Source: Tubulanus polymorphus (taxonomy: Eukaryota > Animalia > Nemertea). Taken from it: a DNA stretch of 64,000 nt. The notes beneath the pieces were generated by a model. The model saw only the letters and a program-made list of their open reading frames with translations, made no database searches and was not told the DNA's origin. The position numbers and the translations under genes were made by a program. The first letter of the stretch is position 1, and each line of letters opens with the position of its first letter. Location: NCBI RefSeq assembly GCF_964204645.1, contig NC_134031.1:11224088-11288087 (forward strand), given 5' to 3'. Below are positions 41,978-53,759 of this stretch, in pieces.

Positions 41978-42780
41978 TCGGGCGACAAAACCAAAATGAT
42001 AAATTGTCGCGGGCGATAAATCCAAAATAATGAATTGTCTCGTGCGACAAAACCAAAATAATAAATTGTCGCGGGCAATAAAACCAAAATAATGAATTAT
42101 CACCGGCGATAAAACCAAAATATTGAATTTTCGCGGGCGACAAAACCAAACTAATGAATTGTCGCGGGCGACGAAACCAAAAAAAGAATTGTGGGGGCGA
42201 CAAAACCAAAATAATGAATTCTCGCGGGCAACAAAACCAAAATGGTGAATTGTCCAGGCGACAAAACCAAAATGGTGAATTGTTGCGGGTGACAAAATCA
42301 AGATAATGAATTGTCGTGGCCGATAAAACCAAAATGATGAATTGTCTCGGGTGACAAAACCAAAATAATGAATTGTCGCGGGCGATTAAACCAAAATAAT
42401 GAATTATCGCGGGCGATAAAACCAAAATATTGAATTGTCGCGGGCGATTAAATTAAAATAATGAATTGTCGCGGGCCACTAAAACAAAATATAAAACCAA
42501 AATAATGAATTGTCGCGGGCGACAAAACCAAAAAGAAGAATTGTCGCGGGCGACAAAACCAAAATAATGAATTGTCGCTGGAGATAAAACCAAAGTAATG
42601 AATTGTCGTGGGCGATAAAACCAAAATATTGAAATTTCGCGGGCGACAAAACCAAAATAATGAATTGTCGCAAGGGATAAAACCAAAATAATGAATTGTC
42701 GCGGGCGATAAAACCAAAATATTGAATTGTCGCGTGTGACAAAACCAAAATAATGAATTGTCGCGGGCGACAAAATCAAA
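41978..42780. repeat. 31-bp minisatellite array, diverged, at the distal edge of the macrosatellite
   Basis: Same consensus with more variant units. Followed by a diverged partial monomer up to ~43670. Confidence 0.9.
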
Positions 42781-44413
42781 ATCATTGTTTTCTCGCGTTA
42801 TTTTAGTTTTGTCGTTTTGTCGTAATGTCGCCCTCATTCGCATATTCGTGTTTTTTTATCTTATCAGCCACCATACTAAAGCCTTAAGGTCGCGTAAAAC
42901 TCGATAAACACTTCAAGCGACACAGCGAACGATCTCCTTTTCCCCACAGCGAACGCTTACTCCGAATGTCAAGTGTGAGTCCAGCATACGGATAGGAGTG
43001 TGTTATATACTTGTATTTAGTAAATACCTTGTGCATTTGACAATGATCGGTATTTACTGTAGGAGAGAGTATTGATAAATGGTTGAAGCCCGCGGCCGAA
43101 TAAAGTAATATATTCTTTTATTTTGATACCTCGTCGACATAACAGCTTTTCTCCGCCATATCTCTTCGGCCTGTTTAGTTTAGGCCTACGATTCCCCGGT
43201 ACACTAAAGATTTATCTCAGTAAATACACGGTTAATTCGGTAAAGAAAAATTGGTATTGTTAAACTAACTCCTTGAAACCCGCAGCTAAATCACTGGTAG
43301 TAATAAATTCATTTGTACTCGATTTGATTCTCATGATGAGGAGAAACTCGCAGCTCTTCCCCGGAACGTCGATGTAGTAACACACATCGATTCGTCGATG
43401 TTTACGGCTCGACAGTGCTTTTAAAATCTAAAGTAGTAAATTTCCAGTGTATTGGTAATATGATTTGATGAGGAAAATGGGCTATTGTTAAAATCACTGT
43501 TTGAAGACCGCGACTGAATGTGAAGTCTGCGGCAATAAATTAGTTCATTTATACTTGAATTGATAATCGAAGTGACAGTCGGCCTGCGGGTTGATTTCGG
43601 GATGACGACTCGAAAAACATGTCGCCCCATTGAATGGGGCTAAATTTTCGATGTTTACAGCCCGACAGCTCAGTAAGTCAATTAAGACCTTACATTGAGA
43701 TGAGAAATAGTTTGGAAATTATACATAATACATTGACATCGAAAGAGAATAACGCAGTTTTCATAATGATTTCTTACTTAATATTCTTCAGTGCTTGAGC
43801 TTTTTTAAAATCAGATGCTCCAAACAGATCAAGGTAGACGATTTCATAGTTTTTGGGCTTGATCATCTAATATGAATAAAAAAATGCATTATTTCTAAAT
43901 ACATATTTGACGAATAAATACCGAAATTATCAAATAATTATAATTCTACTTACAACCAGAACCCAATGATTACTATCCTTGTTGTAGCCGCCAATGATCA
44001 TATATTTGTTTTCAAAATTTATCTAGTAATCAAATAGATTTTATGAGGAGTCGCAAGAGTAAATGAAAAACGAGAAAAGTTATCAAAGTACTACATACTT
44101 TCTTGAAGAGACTATATTTGTATCGTGATTTGTTTCCTGCGACAATCGGGGTTATTATATAAGAATCAATAACCGTACAGTCATACATACTTTTTTCAGC
44201 TTCAAGGGCTAGGGCCATGTTTAGGAATTTAATTTCAAGGACCGCAATCCCTCATCGGTCAAGAGATGACTACCAGATTTGGCAACTACTGTTCTGAGTA
44301 TTGGATCTTCCTTTTTGTCCAAAATACATTTGACATGAAAAAACATCATTTGTGGCACACGTATTTCATATAGAAGAAAGAGAGAAAAGAATTAATTTCA
44401 ATTGCGACTTACA

Positions 44414-45814
44414 TGTGCTGAACTTTACTTCCGCGTACGTCACGGTTTGTTTACTTCCGGTATATTCAGAACATGCCCAGAGCGAAACCTAACTGTGGCC
44501 GGTAGAAAAAATCGCTTACCTAACGATGTAAGTCGGTCTGGGGACAGCGCCGCCTGGCGGCGTTTCGGGTCTTGCACCCGTTCGTCTCTGTTCCTTCTTT
44601 CCGAGTTGAAAATCAAGGGCCTTAAGCCCACAGAATCCCTCCTATTGTAAATACGTTGTTGGCCTACGCGTTATTATTCGCTAATACTTATGTATTACGG
44701 CGAATTCAATTATTGTTTATTGTGTATATATATATATGCCCGTAAGCTTTAAGCATTATAGCTCCCGTCCATACTTATGTATTACAGACGGGTTTCGGTC
44801 GTGTTTCTATTTCGGCTATAGGATCTTTGAACTATAGTCCGTCAATACTTATGTATTAGAGACGGATTGATTCGTATCGTTATGTATAAGTCTTATATTC
44901 TCTCCCCGTTCATACTTAAATATTTAACACGGGTCTAATATACATTGCTTTTGATATCATTATAAGCTATTATCGTCTTCGTTGTCGTTTTTATTATAGG
45001 CCTCTAAGGCCGGTTTCTATGTGCGCGTACTTAAGTTTAAATGAAATTCATATAGGCCATATGTAATGTCTACGGTCTATATGTGTTCGTTGTGTAAGGT
45101 TAAAGTTTAATAGCAAGTGTCAATCGCATAGTCTTTTCCCTTTTTGTAAGTATGTAAGCATTTGCAGAGTATGAACCTATCCTGTCTTTGAGCATGACGT
45201 ATGTTGGTTTCTTGTGGTTAAATAAAAGCTGCTGTCGCAGAACGTGAAATTATATTGACCTTTTCGTATGAGTATGTTGGGTAGTAAAACCGTGGATTTG
45301 GTCTACGCGTCCATGGTCTGCGTAGAGGCTCGCTCTCGGACCGGATAGAGTCCAGCGGAACGTAGTGCAATCCCGTTCGGGTGACGGGCGGTGTCCGTTT
45401 ATTCCGCTATCCAATTTAGGCTCAGGCGAGGAAATTCCACATCGGGGTGGGTGACGTGGTGTGTTTTACGGTCGACTCGGGTCCATGTATAACCACGAGA
45501 TCGTGAGTTATTTGGTGGACAGAAGGGTGCGCATCGCTATCTGTAGGTTCTAATATAGGGTTGGGGTCCGATCCTTGGTTCCCGGAGGGTAGTTTTCGAG
45601 TCGTCCCAGTCGTTGCGTTCCTGGATCTATCAGCAATCTACACCCGGGGTTGCGGGAAATGCTTACTCGTGTGCTAGGTCGAGTTAAGCCTGAGAGCCAT
45701 TTGTTATTCTACACACAAACATATCTTCCTGTGGTGGTCGTATACCCCTTCATAAACATCTTTCCCGTTGTTTACGCGAAGCAGGCGAACCCTTAGTAGC
45801 GACGCCATTTTACA
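44414..45814. mobile_element. Candidate solo LTR (Gypsy-like)
   Basis: TG...CA ends with TACA on both sides (44410-44413, 45815-45818), a compositional shift, ACTTCCG motifs near the start and AATAAA at ~45222. An alternative left end at 44331 (TACATT flanks) is possible. Confidence 0.35.
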
Positions 45815-46021
45815 TACATTATTACATACGTACACGTTTACACATATATACTCTGAGGATACAAAAGAGGATCACGCTACCACGATGATTAAACCTGGTA
45901 CGAGCGAGTGCACACGCTCGTCCGGTGAGTATTTTTCAGGTACCATGTAGATGCAGAGACATGCCAGAGTTTTAATGTATACTAACTACGAAACGCTACA
46001 TTACTACGACCACATACATAA

Positions 46022-46526
46022 TAAGGGTTTTCTGACTTTCGTCGAAAACCCTCTTGAAATTCTGTTGATTATTATTATTATATATTTTCCGCCGATTTCG
46101 TCAAATAAAATTCATCTTCATTCAGATTCGGCAACTGACAGCATCGAAACGAAATGTAAAAATTGATACTGTAATAACGGTCTCTCTGAACCAACAGATT
46201 GTCTGAATGTACTTTCCATCCTATTTGAAACTTAAAATTACTCATTAGGTTACTGTAAATAAAGAATTGAATTGAATTGTTAGACAACAAGCACCGGCGA
46301 AATAACAGTTTGTGACGTCATTTAGTAAGTAAATAAAGGAGGGCTCCGAGAATTTCCAAATCACGGGGACTATACTGGGGTTAGACCATTCAACCAAAAA
46401 GAGGATTGCTCCGATAATATCCAAATCATCTCATTTTATTTTTTCCATCGAATACCCGGTAATTAATTTTTCCTTTCGATCACATGCATCCAGAAAACCA
46501 GTTATCGCTGCTTTGCAGCTATATTT
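46022..46526. mobile_element. Second HINE-like family with (ATT)n microsatellite
   Basis: Starts TAAGGGTTTTCTG...GAAAACCCT (hairpin) plus (ATT)n and ends GAAAACCAGTTATCGCTGCTTTGCAGCTATATTT. Both ends match, in reverse complement, the termini at 13900-14015 in the macrosatellite monomer. Confidence 0.55.
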
Positions 46527-47106
46527 ACATATATAATTTGCGACCAGTCACCGTAGATTTCGAGTTTATCCTCCAGAAAAAAACCCAACTTACACTAATG
46601 TATCTAGATAATATCATAAGGCCACCACAAAATAATTGTCTGTTTGCTGTAACCCGAACGATCCGACTTCAAAGGCATCGAGTGAAAATATTTTTTCTGG
46701 GATTCATTGAAATAAATTTTATTTCCGACAAAAAACGGCCGACCGACCCACTGCTGGTCTATGCGCTCCATATGTCTGTACTCAGTGTTTATCAATGCAT
46801 TTGTTTGATTTAGAACAAGTGGATGATGCTACGGATGACATTAAAACAATAAAATTATTCTTGAAATACATTGTATAGGTTTTTAGACACATTTCCGGAC
46901 GGTGTTGTCATATCGCGGAAAGACGAAATCGCGGAATTTTCCAAAAACGCGGAATTTCTTCATTTTTACTTTAAATAGTAAACGGGTTTTCCCACGGGGA
47001 TACCCACTGTCGGACAGGGGACCGGACCGATCGATGCAACGACTTAGGTTCGAATCCCATTATTTGCAGGCAATTTTATATGGAATTATTATATTACGAT
47101 ACCGTT

Positions 47107-47490
47107 AGTAATAGGGGTAATGGGCTTTCAGATCAAAGGTCGAAGGGTCGAGCTCGTAAAAAAATGAAAATAACAATAATTTACAGTTGAATTAGTCGTG
47201 CACACTCCTAATTCAACTGTAAATTATTGTTATTTTCATTTTTTTACTCACTCACCCCTTCAACCTTTAACCTGAAAGCCCATTACCCCTATTACTCTTA
47301 AAATATTCATATAAATGAATAACATTTAAATCATTGAACTTCTAAAATCTATTTTAATAAAAAATTTAGTATTAAAATGGAAGCAAATAAGTACTACTGT
47401 CCAACATGTAATATCAATGTAGATAAATCCCAAAAAGCAAGACACAATAAAACTAAAACACATTTAGAGAATAAATTGAAACTAGAATAT
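47107..47490 (+). repeat. Left terminal inverted repeat (384 bp), containing a 190-bp hairpin (47107-47296) and the first 38 codons of polB
   Basis: Reverse complement of 63169-63552, with 2 mismatches by manual comparison (47199, 47350). Confidence 0.95.
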
Positions 47491-47766
47491 AAAGATGATA
47501 TATTAGAAACTAAATTAGAAGAATTAAAGAATGAAAAAGAAACATACAAATGTGATACATGTAATCAATCATTCAGTGATAAAAGATATTATAAAGAACA
47601 TTTAAAATCTATAAGTCATATTAGAAATAAGAATAATGATATTTTAGGTGAAGATTATTTTGATAATGATAACGATAAGAAACAGAAGACAATTAAAAGC
47701 ATAAAAAATAAATTAAACAATAAAAGACCATACATGGAAGATGTAAGAAATTATATTAATTCATAA
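47377..47766 (+). pseudogene. N-terminal C2H2 zinc-finger segment of pPolB, separated by a premature TAA
   Basis: CPTC..H..H and CDTC..H..H fingers. After the TAA the frame stays open for 40 codons and runs into the 47887 ATG. Confidence 0.8.
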
Positions 47767-47886
47767 GATAATAAAAAAGATATAGAGATAACCGAAGCAT
47801 TTAAAAGTGATATTGGTCCAGCAGCTATCGAGTTTAAATTTCATAAAGGAAAAACATTAGAAGAAAATAAAAAACATTTAGAAAAT

Positions 47887-50800
47887 ATGAAAGAAATAAT
47901 AAAAATAATAACTGATGTTGAATATCCTAAAATAAGTATATCTTCTAAAGTAAAGTTTATAAAATCTGAAGATAAACCAATATATAATATAAATTCTCAT
48001 TCACAACATATTATATCAAAACAACATATAGATGATAAATTAGATAAATGTTATAATGAAGTAAAAACTAAAATAGAAGAGAAATATTTTGAAGGATCTG
48101 GTTTAATATTTGATGAAATAATATTTATAACTTTACATGTTTATAACACAAAATATAATAAGTTAACTAAATCAAAACCAATAGATGAAAATAATGTATC
48201 ATATTATAAAGATGAGAGTATAAATGGAACAAGTTATATTAAACTACCATTTAAAACTAATGCTGTAATAAATGTACAAAATTTTGATGATAAATGTTTT
48301 CTATGGGCTATAATAAGTTGTTTACATCCTGCAACTTATAATATTTGTAGATTAACTCATTATAAACCATTTGAAAATAATTATAAGATAGATAAGTATC
48401 CTGTTATAATTAAAAACATCCCAAAAATAGAAAGAGATAATAATATAAAGATAAATGTATTTGATTTAATCAAATTACCAAATACAAAAGGTAACAACAT
48501 AAAACATTATACATTAGAACCTTTATATCTATCAAAAGATTATGATTCAAACGATGTTATAGATATACTATATTATGAGAATCATTATATGTGGATTAAA
48601 CAAATCGATTTATTTTTTAAATCAGAAAATGATCACCATAAAATATATCTTTGTAGAAAATGTTTACATAGATTCAGTAATGAAAGTACGTTATTAAATC
48701 ATAAACAATTATGTGAAAATCATGATTATTGTAAATTAGTTTTACCAAATGAAAAAGATAAAATATTAGAATTCAAAAAATATGACTACAAAAATAAAGT
48801 ACCATTTGTTATATATGGAGATTTTGAATCATTAAATAAAGAACTAACTGATCAAGATAGAAAAGATATATATTATAAAAGAAAGAAATTAAATTCTAAT
48901 GAAAATGATTTTTCAGATGAACCACCAAAAACAAATACTATTAAAAAGATTCATCAATCAGCTGCTGCTTTCGGGTTATATATAAAATCTGATTATCCAG
49001 AACTAATTGAAAGTGAATATTATGATTATAGAAATGAAAATGTTATCAATCATTTTTGTGACTTATTAATTGAATATGAAATAAGATTTAGTAAATTATT
49101 GAATACAAATATAGAAATTATAATGACAGAAAAAGATAAAGAAGAATTTGCGTTTGCAGATAAATGTTATTATTGTGGAAAGATATTTAATTATAAAGAT
49201 AAAAAAGTAAGAGACCATGATCATTTGAACGGAAAGTTTAAAGGCGCTGCACATGAGAATTGTAACTTACAAGCTAAGAAAATTAACTTTGTACCAGTTA
49301 TATTTCATAATCTATCAGGATATGATGCACATTTATTTATCAAACAGTTATGCCATAAAATAGAAGAAATCAATAACGAAATAGAAATATTAAATTCAAA
49401 TAGATCAAAAGATAAAATACCAACTTATAAATTTAGAATGTTAGCTAAAACATCTGAGAATTATATATCATTCCAATTTGGGTGTTTAAGATTTATAGAT
49501 TCATATAGATTTTTAAATAGTTCATTAGATAACTTATCAAAATCATTAGTTGATGATGAATTAAAGATATTAAAAGAATATTACCCAAATAATGATGATT
49601 TTAAATTAATGAGATATAAAGGAGCAATTCCATATTCTTTCTATAAAAATCATAATGATTTTAAAATAACTGAATTATTGAAAGAACAATTTTATGATGA
49701 ATTAAAAAATGAATATGTTAAAGATGAAGTCTATAATAGAACATTGAATATTTGGAATCATTTCAAAATAGAAAATCATGGGCAATTAGTAGATTTATAT
49801 TTAAAATCAGATGTATTAATATTAACCGATATATTCGAAAGGTTTAGAGATGTTAACCTAAAATATTTCAATATTGATCCTTGTCATTGTTATTCATCAC
49901 CAGGATTCACATGGGATTGTGGATTAAAATTTACAGATATAAAAATGGATTTGTTAACAAATATAGATCAATTACTATTATTTGAAAAATCTATAAGAGG
50001 AGGTGTTTCAGGTGTATTAGGTGATAGATATTTCAATGTAAATGATAACCCCGGATATAAGTTATTATATATAGATGCAAATAATTTGTATGGTTGGGCA
50101 ATGATGGAACCACAACCTTATGGTGTATTTGAATTAACTGAAGTTTTACAGAATGAAAATAATGATAAATTTGATTGGAAGAAAAGAATCCTAGATATTG
50201 CAGATGATTCAGATATTGGTTACTTCTTTGTTGTAGATTTAGAATATCCTGAACATATTAAATTTAAATCTAGAAATCTAGCTTACTGTCCAGAACATAA
50301 AACTGTAACTCATGAAGAATTATCAAATTACCAAAAAAGAATTAAACCTGAAAATCATATTCATACAGAAAAGTTAATGGTAACTCAAGAAGATAAATAT
50401 AATTATGTAGTACATTATAGAATGTTAAAGTTTTATCTAAAACAAGGAATGATTCTAAAAAAAGTACATAGATATATTTCATTTAGTCAATCTAAATGGT
50501 TGGAAAAATGTATAGATTTTAACACCAAACAGAGAACTGAAGCTAAAACTGATTTCGAGAAAGATTTCTTCAAGTTAATGAATAATGCATTCTATGGTAA
50601 GACTTGTGAAAATATTAGAAATAGAAATGATATTGAGTTAGTTAGTAATGGTAAAAGAATTAGACATTTACAAACATATCCTAAGTTCATTGGTAACAGA
50701 ATATTTGATGAAAATTTAGCCGCAGTTAAGATGAGAAGAACATCAATGAAATTTAATAAACCAATCTATGTTGGCGCTTCAGTTTTAGAATTATCAAAAT

Positions 50801-51330
50801 TACTAATGTATGAATTCTATTATAATGTATTACAACCACTTTTTGGAGAAAAACATATAGAAATATTATATTTTGATACAGATTCTTACATATTAAAGAT
50901 AAAAACTGATAACATAACTGATGATTTAAAAACATTAAAACATCATTTCGATTTTAGTAACTATCCTAAAAATCATGAATTGTTTAGCAATGATAATAAA
51001 AAAGTTCCCGGTAAATTCAAAGATGAATTAGGCGGTGAAGAAATGATTGAATTCATAGGTATTCGATCTAAAATGTATTCATATAAAACTAAAGAACATG
51101 AAGCTAAAAAGTTAAAAGGAATAACCAAAAGTGTAGTAGAAAAGAATATTCATTTCAAAGATTACATAAATTGTATATTCAATGAAGAAGTTAGAAAACA
51201 TAAAATGAGATGTTTAAGATCTGAGTACCACGAAATGTTTATTGAAGAAATAGAGAAGATAAGTTTGAATCCATTTGATGATAAACGATATATATTAGAT
51301 GATGGTATACACACAGTCGCGTATGGTTGA
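47887..51330 (+). CDS. polB: Protein-primed family B DNA polymerase (ancestral ORF 47377-51408; TGA at 51328 is probably TGT>TGA)
   Basis: Exo motifs YGDFES, FHNLSGYD and FIDSYRF. Pol motifs YIDANNLYGWAM, KLMNNAFYGK and YFDTDS. Endonuclease VII-like insert CYYC..RDHDHLNG..AHENCN. N-terminal DKCFLWAI...HYMWI. Confidence 0.97.
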   Translation: MKEIIKIITDVEYPKISISSKVKFIKSEDKPIYNINSHSQHIISKQHIDDKLDKCYNEVKTKIEEKYFEGSGLIFDEIIFITLHVYNTKYNKLTKSKPIDENNVSYYKDESINGTSYIKLPFKTNAVINVQNFDDKCFLWAIISCLHPATYNICRLTHYKPFENNYKIDKYPVIIKNIPKIERDNNIKINVFDLIKLPNTKGNNIKHYTLEPLYLSKDYDSNDVIDILYYENHYMWIKQIDLFFKSENDHHKIYLCRKCLHRFSNESTLLNHKQLCENHDYCKLVLPNEKDKILEFKKYDYKNKVPFVIYGDFESLNKELTDQDRKDIYYKRKKLNSNENDFSDEPPKTNTIKKIHQSAAAFGLYIKSDYPELIESEYYDYRNENVINHFCDLLIEYEIRFSKLLNTNIEIIMTEKDKEEFAFADKCYYCGKIFNYKDKKVRDHDHLNGKFKGAAHENCNLQAKKINFVPVIFHNLSGYDAHLFIKQLCHKIEEINNEIEILNSNRSKDKIPTYKFRMLAKTSENYISFQFGCLRFIDSYRFLNSSLDNLSKSLVDDELKILKEYYPNNDDFKLMRYKGAIPYSFYKNHNDFKITELLKEQFYDELKNEYVKDEVYNRTLNIWNHFKIENHGQLVDLYLKSDVLILTDIFERFRDVNLKYFNIDPCHCYSSPGFTWDCGLKFTDIKMDLLTNIDQLLLFEKSIRGGVSGVLGDRYFNVNDNPGYKLLYIDANNLYGWAMMEPQPYGVFELTEVLQNENNDKFDWKKRILDIADDSDIGYFFVVDLEYPEHIKFKSRNLAYCPEHKTVTHEELSNYQKRIKPENHIHTEKLMVTQEDKYNYVVHYRMLKFYLKQGMILKKVHRYISFSQSKWLEKCIDFNTKQRTEAKTDFEKDFFKLMNNAFYGKTCENIRNRNDIELVSNGKRIRHLQTYPKFIGNRIFDENLAAVKMRRTSMKFNKPIYVGASVLELSKLLMYEFYYNVLQPLFGEKHIEILYFDTDSYILKIKTDNITDDLKTLKHHFDFSNYPKNHELFSNDNKKVPGKFKDELGGEEMIEFIGIRSKMYSYKTKEHEAKKLKGITKSVVEKNIHFKDYINCIFNEEVRKHKMRCLRSEYHEMFIEEIEKISLNPFDDKRYILDDGIHTVAYG

Positions 51331-51437
51331 AATTTAGATGAATACTTAAAATTTAAAAGGGAAGAAGGGAAAGAAAAGGAAATAATGAACAGGATTATAA
51401 CGCGTTAATTCAGTTTTAATAAAGATATATATTATAA

Positions 51438-52289
51438 ATGGAGCCGGAACAATCACAAACTATCAATATTACAAATAGTGTTATAAATATATATCATAAA
51501 ACATGTTGCAAATGTAAAATAAGTAAGCCATTTACAGATTATTATAAACGTAAGATTCGTAAAGATGGTTTACGCCATAATTGCAAAAGCTGTTATAATC
51601 AGAATAATCAACAATATTATAGAGATAATATTGAAGCACGCAACGATAAAATTAAGCAATGGAAGGAAAATAATCCAGAACGCATTAAAGCATATCAAAA
51701 TAAATATCATAAAGAAAGATATCAAACAGATTTTAATCTTAAAATAAAACAATGTCTAGGTAATAGATTATCACAATTATTCAGTACACTATCTAATCAT
51801 TCAGTTACACTATCTAATTTATTGGGTTGTTCAGATGAATTTCTCAAATCATGGATTGTATATCAATTCAACGATAAAATGAATGAAAAAAACTATGGTG
51901 AATACTTTCATATTGATCACGTGTTACCGATATCTAAATTTAACATGAATGATGAACACAATCAGAAATTAATTTGATATTGGAAGAATCTAAGACCTCT
52001 TGAAAAGAAAGAAAATCAAATCAAATCTAATAAACTAGATTTTCAGTTATATTTGGATCAATTAGATAAAGCAAAGAAATTCATTGAATTTTGGAACAAT
52101 GAACCAAATAATGAACAATATGTTGAAGAAATTGAAAAGATAAGTCTAAACCCATTTGATGATAAAAGATATATTTTAGATGATGGAATTCATACAGTTG
52201 CTTATGGTTGTAATTTAGATGAATACTTAAAATTTAAAAGAGAAGAAACAAAAGAGAACGAGATAATGAAAAGAATTCTAACGTGTTAA
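51438..52289 (+). pseudogene. HNH endonuclease (giant-virus/phage-type, N-terminal CxxC..CxxC) fused in frame to a duplicate of the PolB C-terminus; one internal TGA at 51975
   Basis: KTCCKCKISKP..KDG..CKSC and LGCS..QF..MNEKNYGEYFHIDHVLPISKF..*YWKNLRPLEKKENQIKSNK. Same frame as ORF 52053-52289. Confidence 0.85.
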
Positions 52290-52318
52290 TCAAATTTTAA
52301 TAAAAATATGTATTATAA

Positions 52319-52614
52319 ATGGAGAGTAAACAAGCACACAGTGAGAACAACAAATTATTTCTAGATAGAATAAAAGATACTACAAATGTAAAATCTGTAG
52401 ATTATAAATTCAAAAAGTTAACAGAATTAACAATCCATAAGAAATATCTAATAACAAATATTGATACAGTTACTAACAAATATGGAGAACATATTTACCA
52501 AATAGATTTCGTAGATTATCAAGTGAAGATCTAGAAGAATTATGTTCTGGAGATTTCTATTTCGTATACAAAGGTAAGAATGAAAAAGGTCACCATGAAA
52601 TAGATTTCGAATAA
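52319..52614 (+). pseudogene. Small hypothetical protein, frameshifted
   Basis: ..KLTELTIHKKYLI..TNKYGE, then the alternate frame YLPNRFRRLSSEDLEELCSGDFYFVYKG..FE*. Starts at TAAATG. Confidence 0.55.
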
Positions 52615-52631
52615 GAAAATATGTAAAATAA

Positions 52632-53387
52632 ATGGTAGAATTAAAAGGATACAGAATATTTGTAGATTCTAGAAAACTTACAAATTATAAATCACATAAT
52701 TCATTAGTACAATTAGATAGAGAATTCAAAAATTGTGTTGATTTAAAATTAGTTAATATAAGTTTATGTAATTCTTTTTACAATGTATCGGATAAAACTT
52801 TTGAACATAGAGGGTTTATGATTTATATGAGAAATAAAGATAAATGGTTTCATATCTTTTTAAAACCAGGATGATATAATTTAGAATCATTAGCGCAGGA
52901 AATTAATAGAAGAGCTCGGTTGAAAATCGGGGGCACTTCTGTATTTGAAATTAAATTTAATAAAATTGATAGTACTAATAAAATTAGAATAAAGATATCT
53001 AATGAACAACATAAATTTATGGTAAACAAACCACTGGCTAAAATGTTAGGAATTAAACCGCTTACAGTTACTGGAAACGCAGAAGGCAGCTCAAATATAA
53101 TACCTTTTACGCACTTTTATATTTATTGCAATTCAATCGAGCCTACAAAAACTTTCGAAGCGACTAAAGAAACAATTTGTAATTCTAGGATACTAAATAT
53201 TTTACCGCTGAAAAATGTTAAACAATTTGGAACGCAAATAAATTATAATTTAACAGAATGTGATTTTAAACCTTGCATTCCTAAATTTAATAATTTTAAA
53301 TTAGAAATAAGAAATCACAATGGTTATTTAATTGATTTGAATAACTTTCCTGTAATTTATGAATTAATTATAAGATGTAAAGAGTAA
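52632..53387 (+). pseudogene. Minor capsid (penton, single jelly-roll) protein, one internal TGA at 52872
   Basis: IFVDSR..LVNISLCNSFYNV..PG*YNL..FYIYCNSIE..ILPL..LEIRNHNGYLIDLNN pattern typical of Polinton/PLV mCP. The two ORFs share a frame. Confidence 0.8.
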
Positions 53388-53403
53388 TTTTTTCATTATA
53401 TAA

Positions 53404-53759
53404 ATGAATATAACTGTTGGCCCGAGTATATGTTTTGGGTTTGATTTTAAACATGAGAAAGAAATGAAATTTAACATTAATGATGTAATTACACATATCA
53501 AAAATATTGCATTTTCTAATGAAACAACATTTGAGTATGAAACAACAATAGATAAAGAAACTTTAAATGTAAAAAGATTACTAATTTAATTAGAGAATCT
53601 TTAAGATTTTATGAATTAGATGAAGATTTTATCATCGATGATATTAAAAAAATAATAATTGAAATATATACAAATGAAACTAGTAATGAAATAAATGTTG
53701 AATTAATCATAAATAAGATAACTAAATATTTTGATGATAGTAATTTTTTTGATAAATAA
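53404..53759 (+). pseudogene. Hypothetical protein, frameshifted near 53575
   Basis: ORF 53404-53589 continues in another frame (KITNLIRESLRFYELD...FFDK*) up to the next ATG. Confidence 0.5.

Noticed and set aside
45380-45396. GTGACGGGCGGTGT, resembling the conserved SSU rRNA 1392 region (antisense)
   Set aside because: Only ~14 nt match and the flanks are not rRNA-like.
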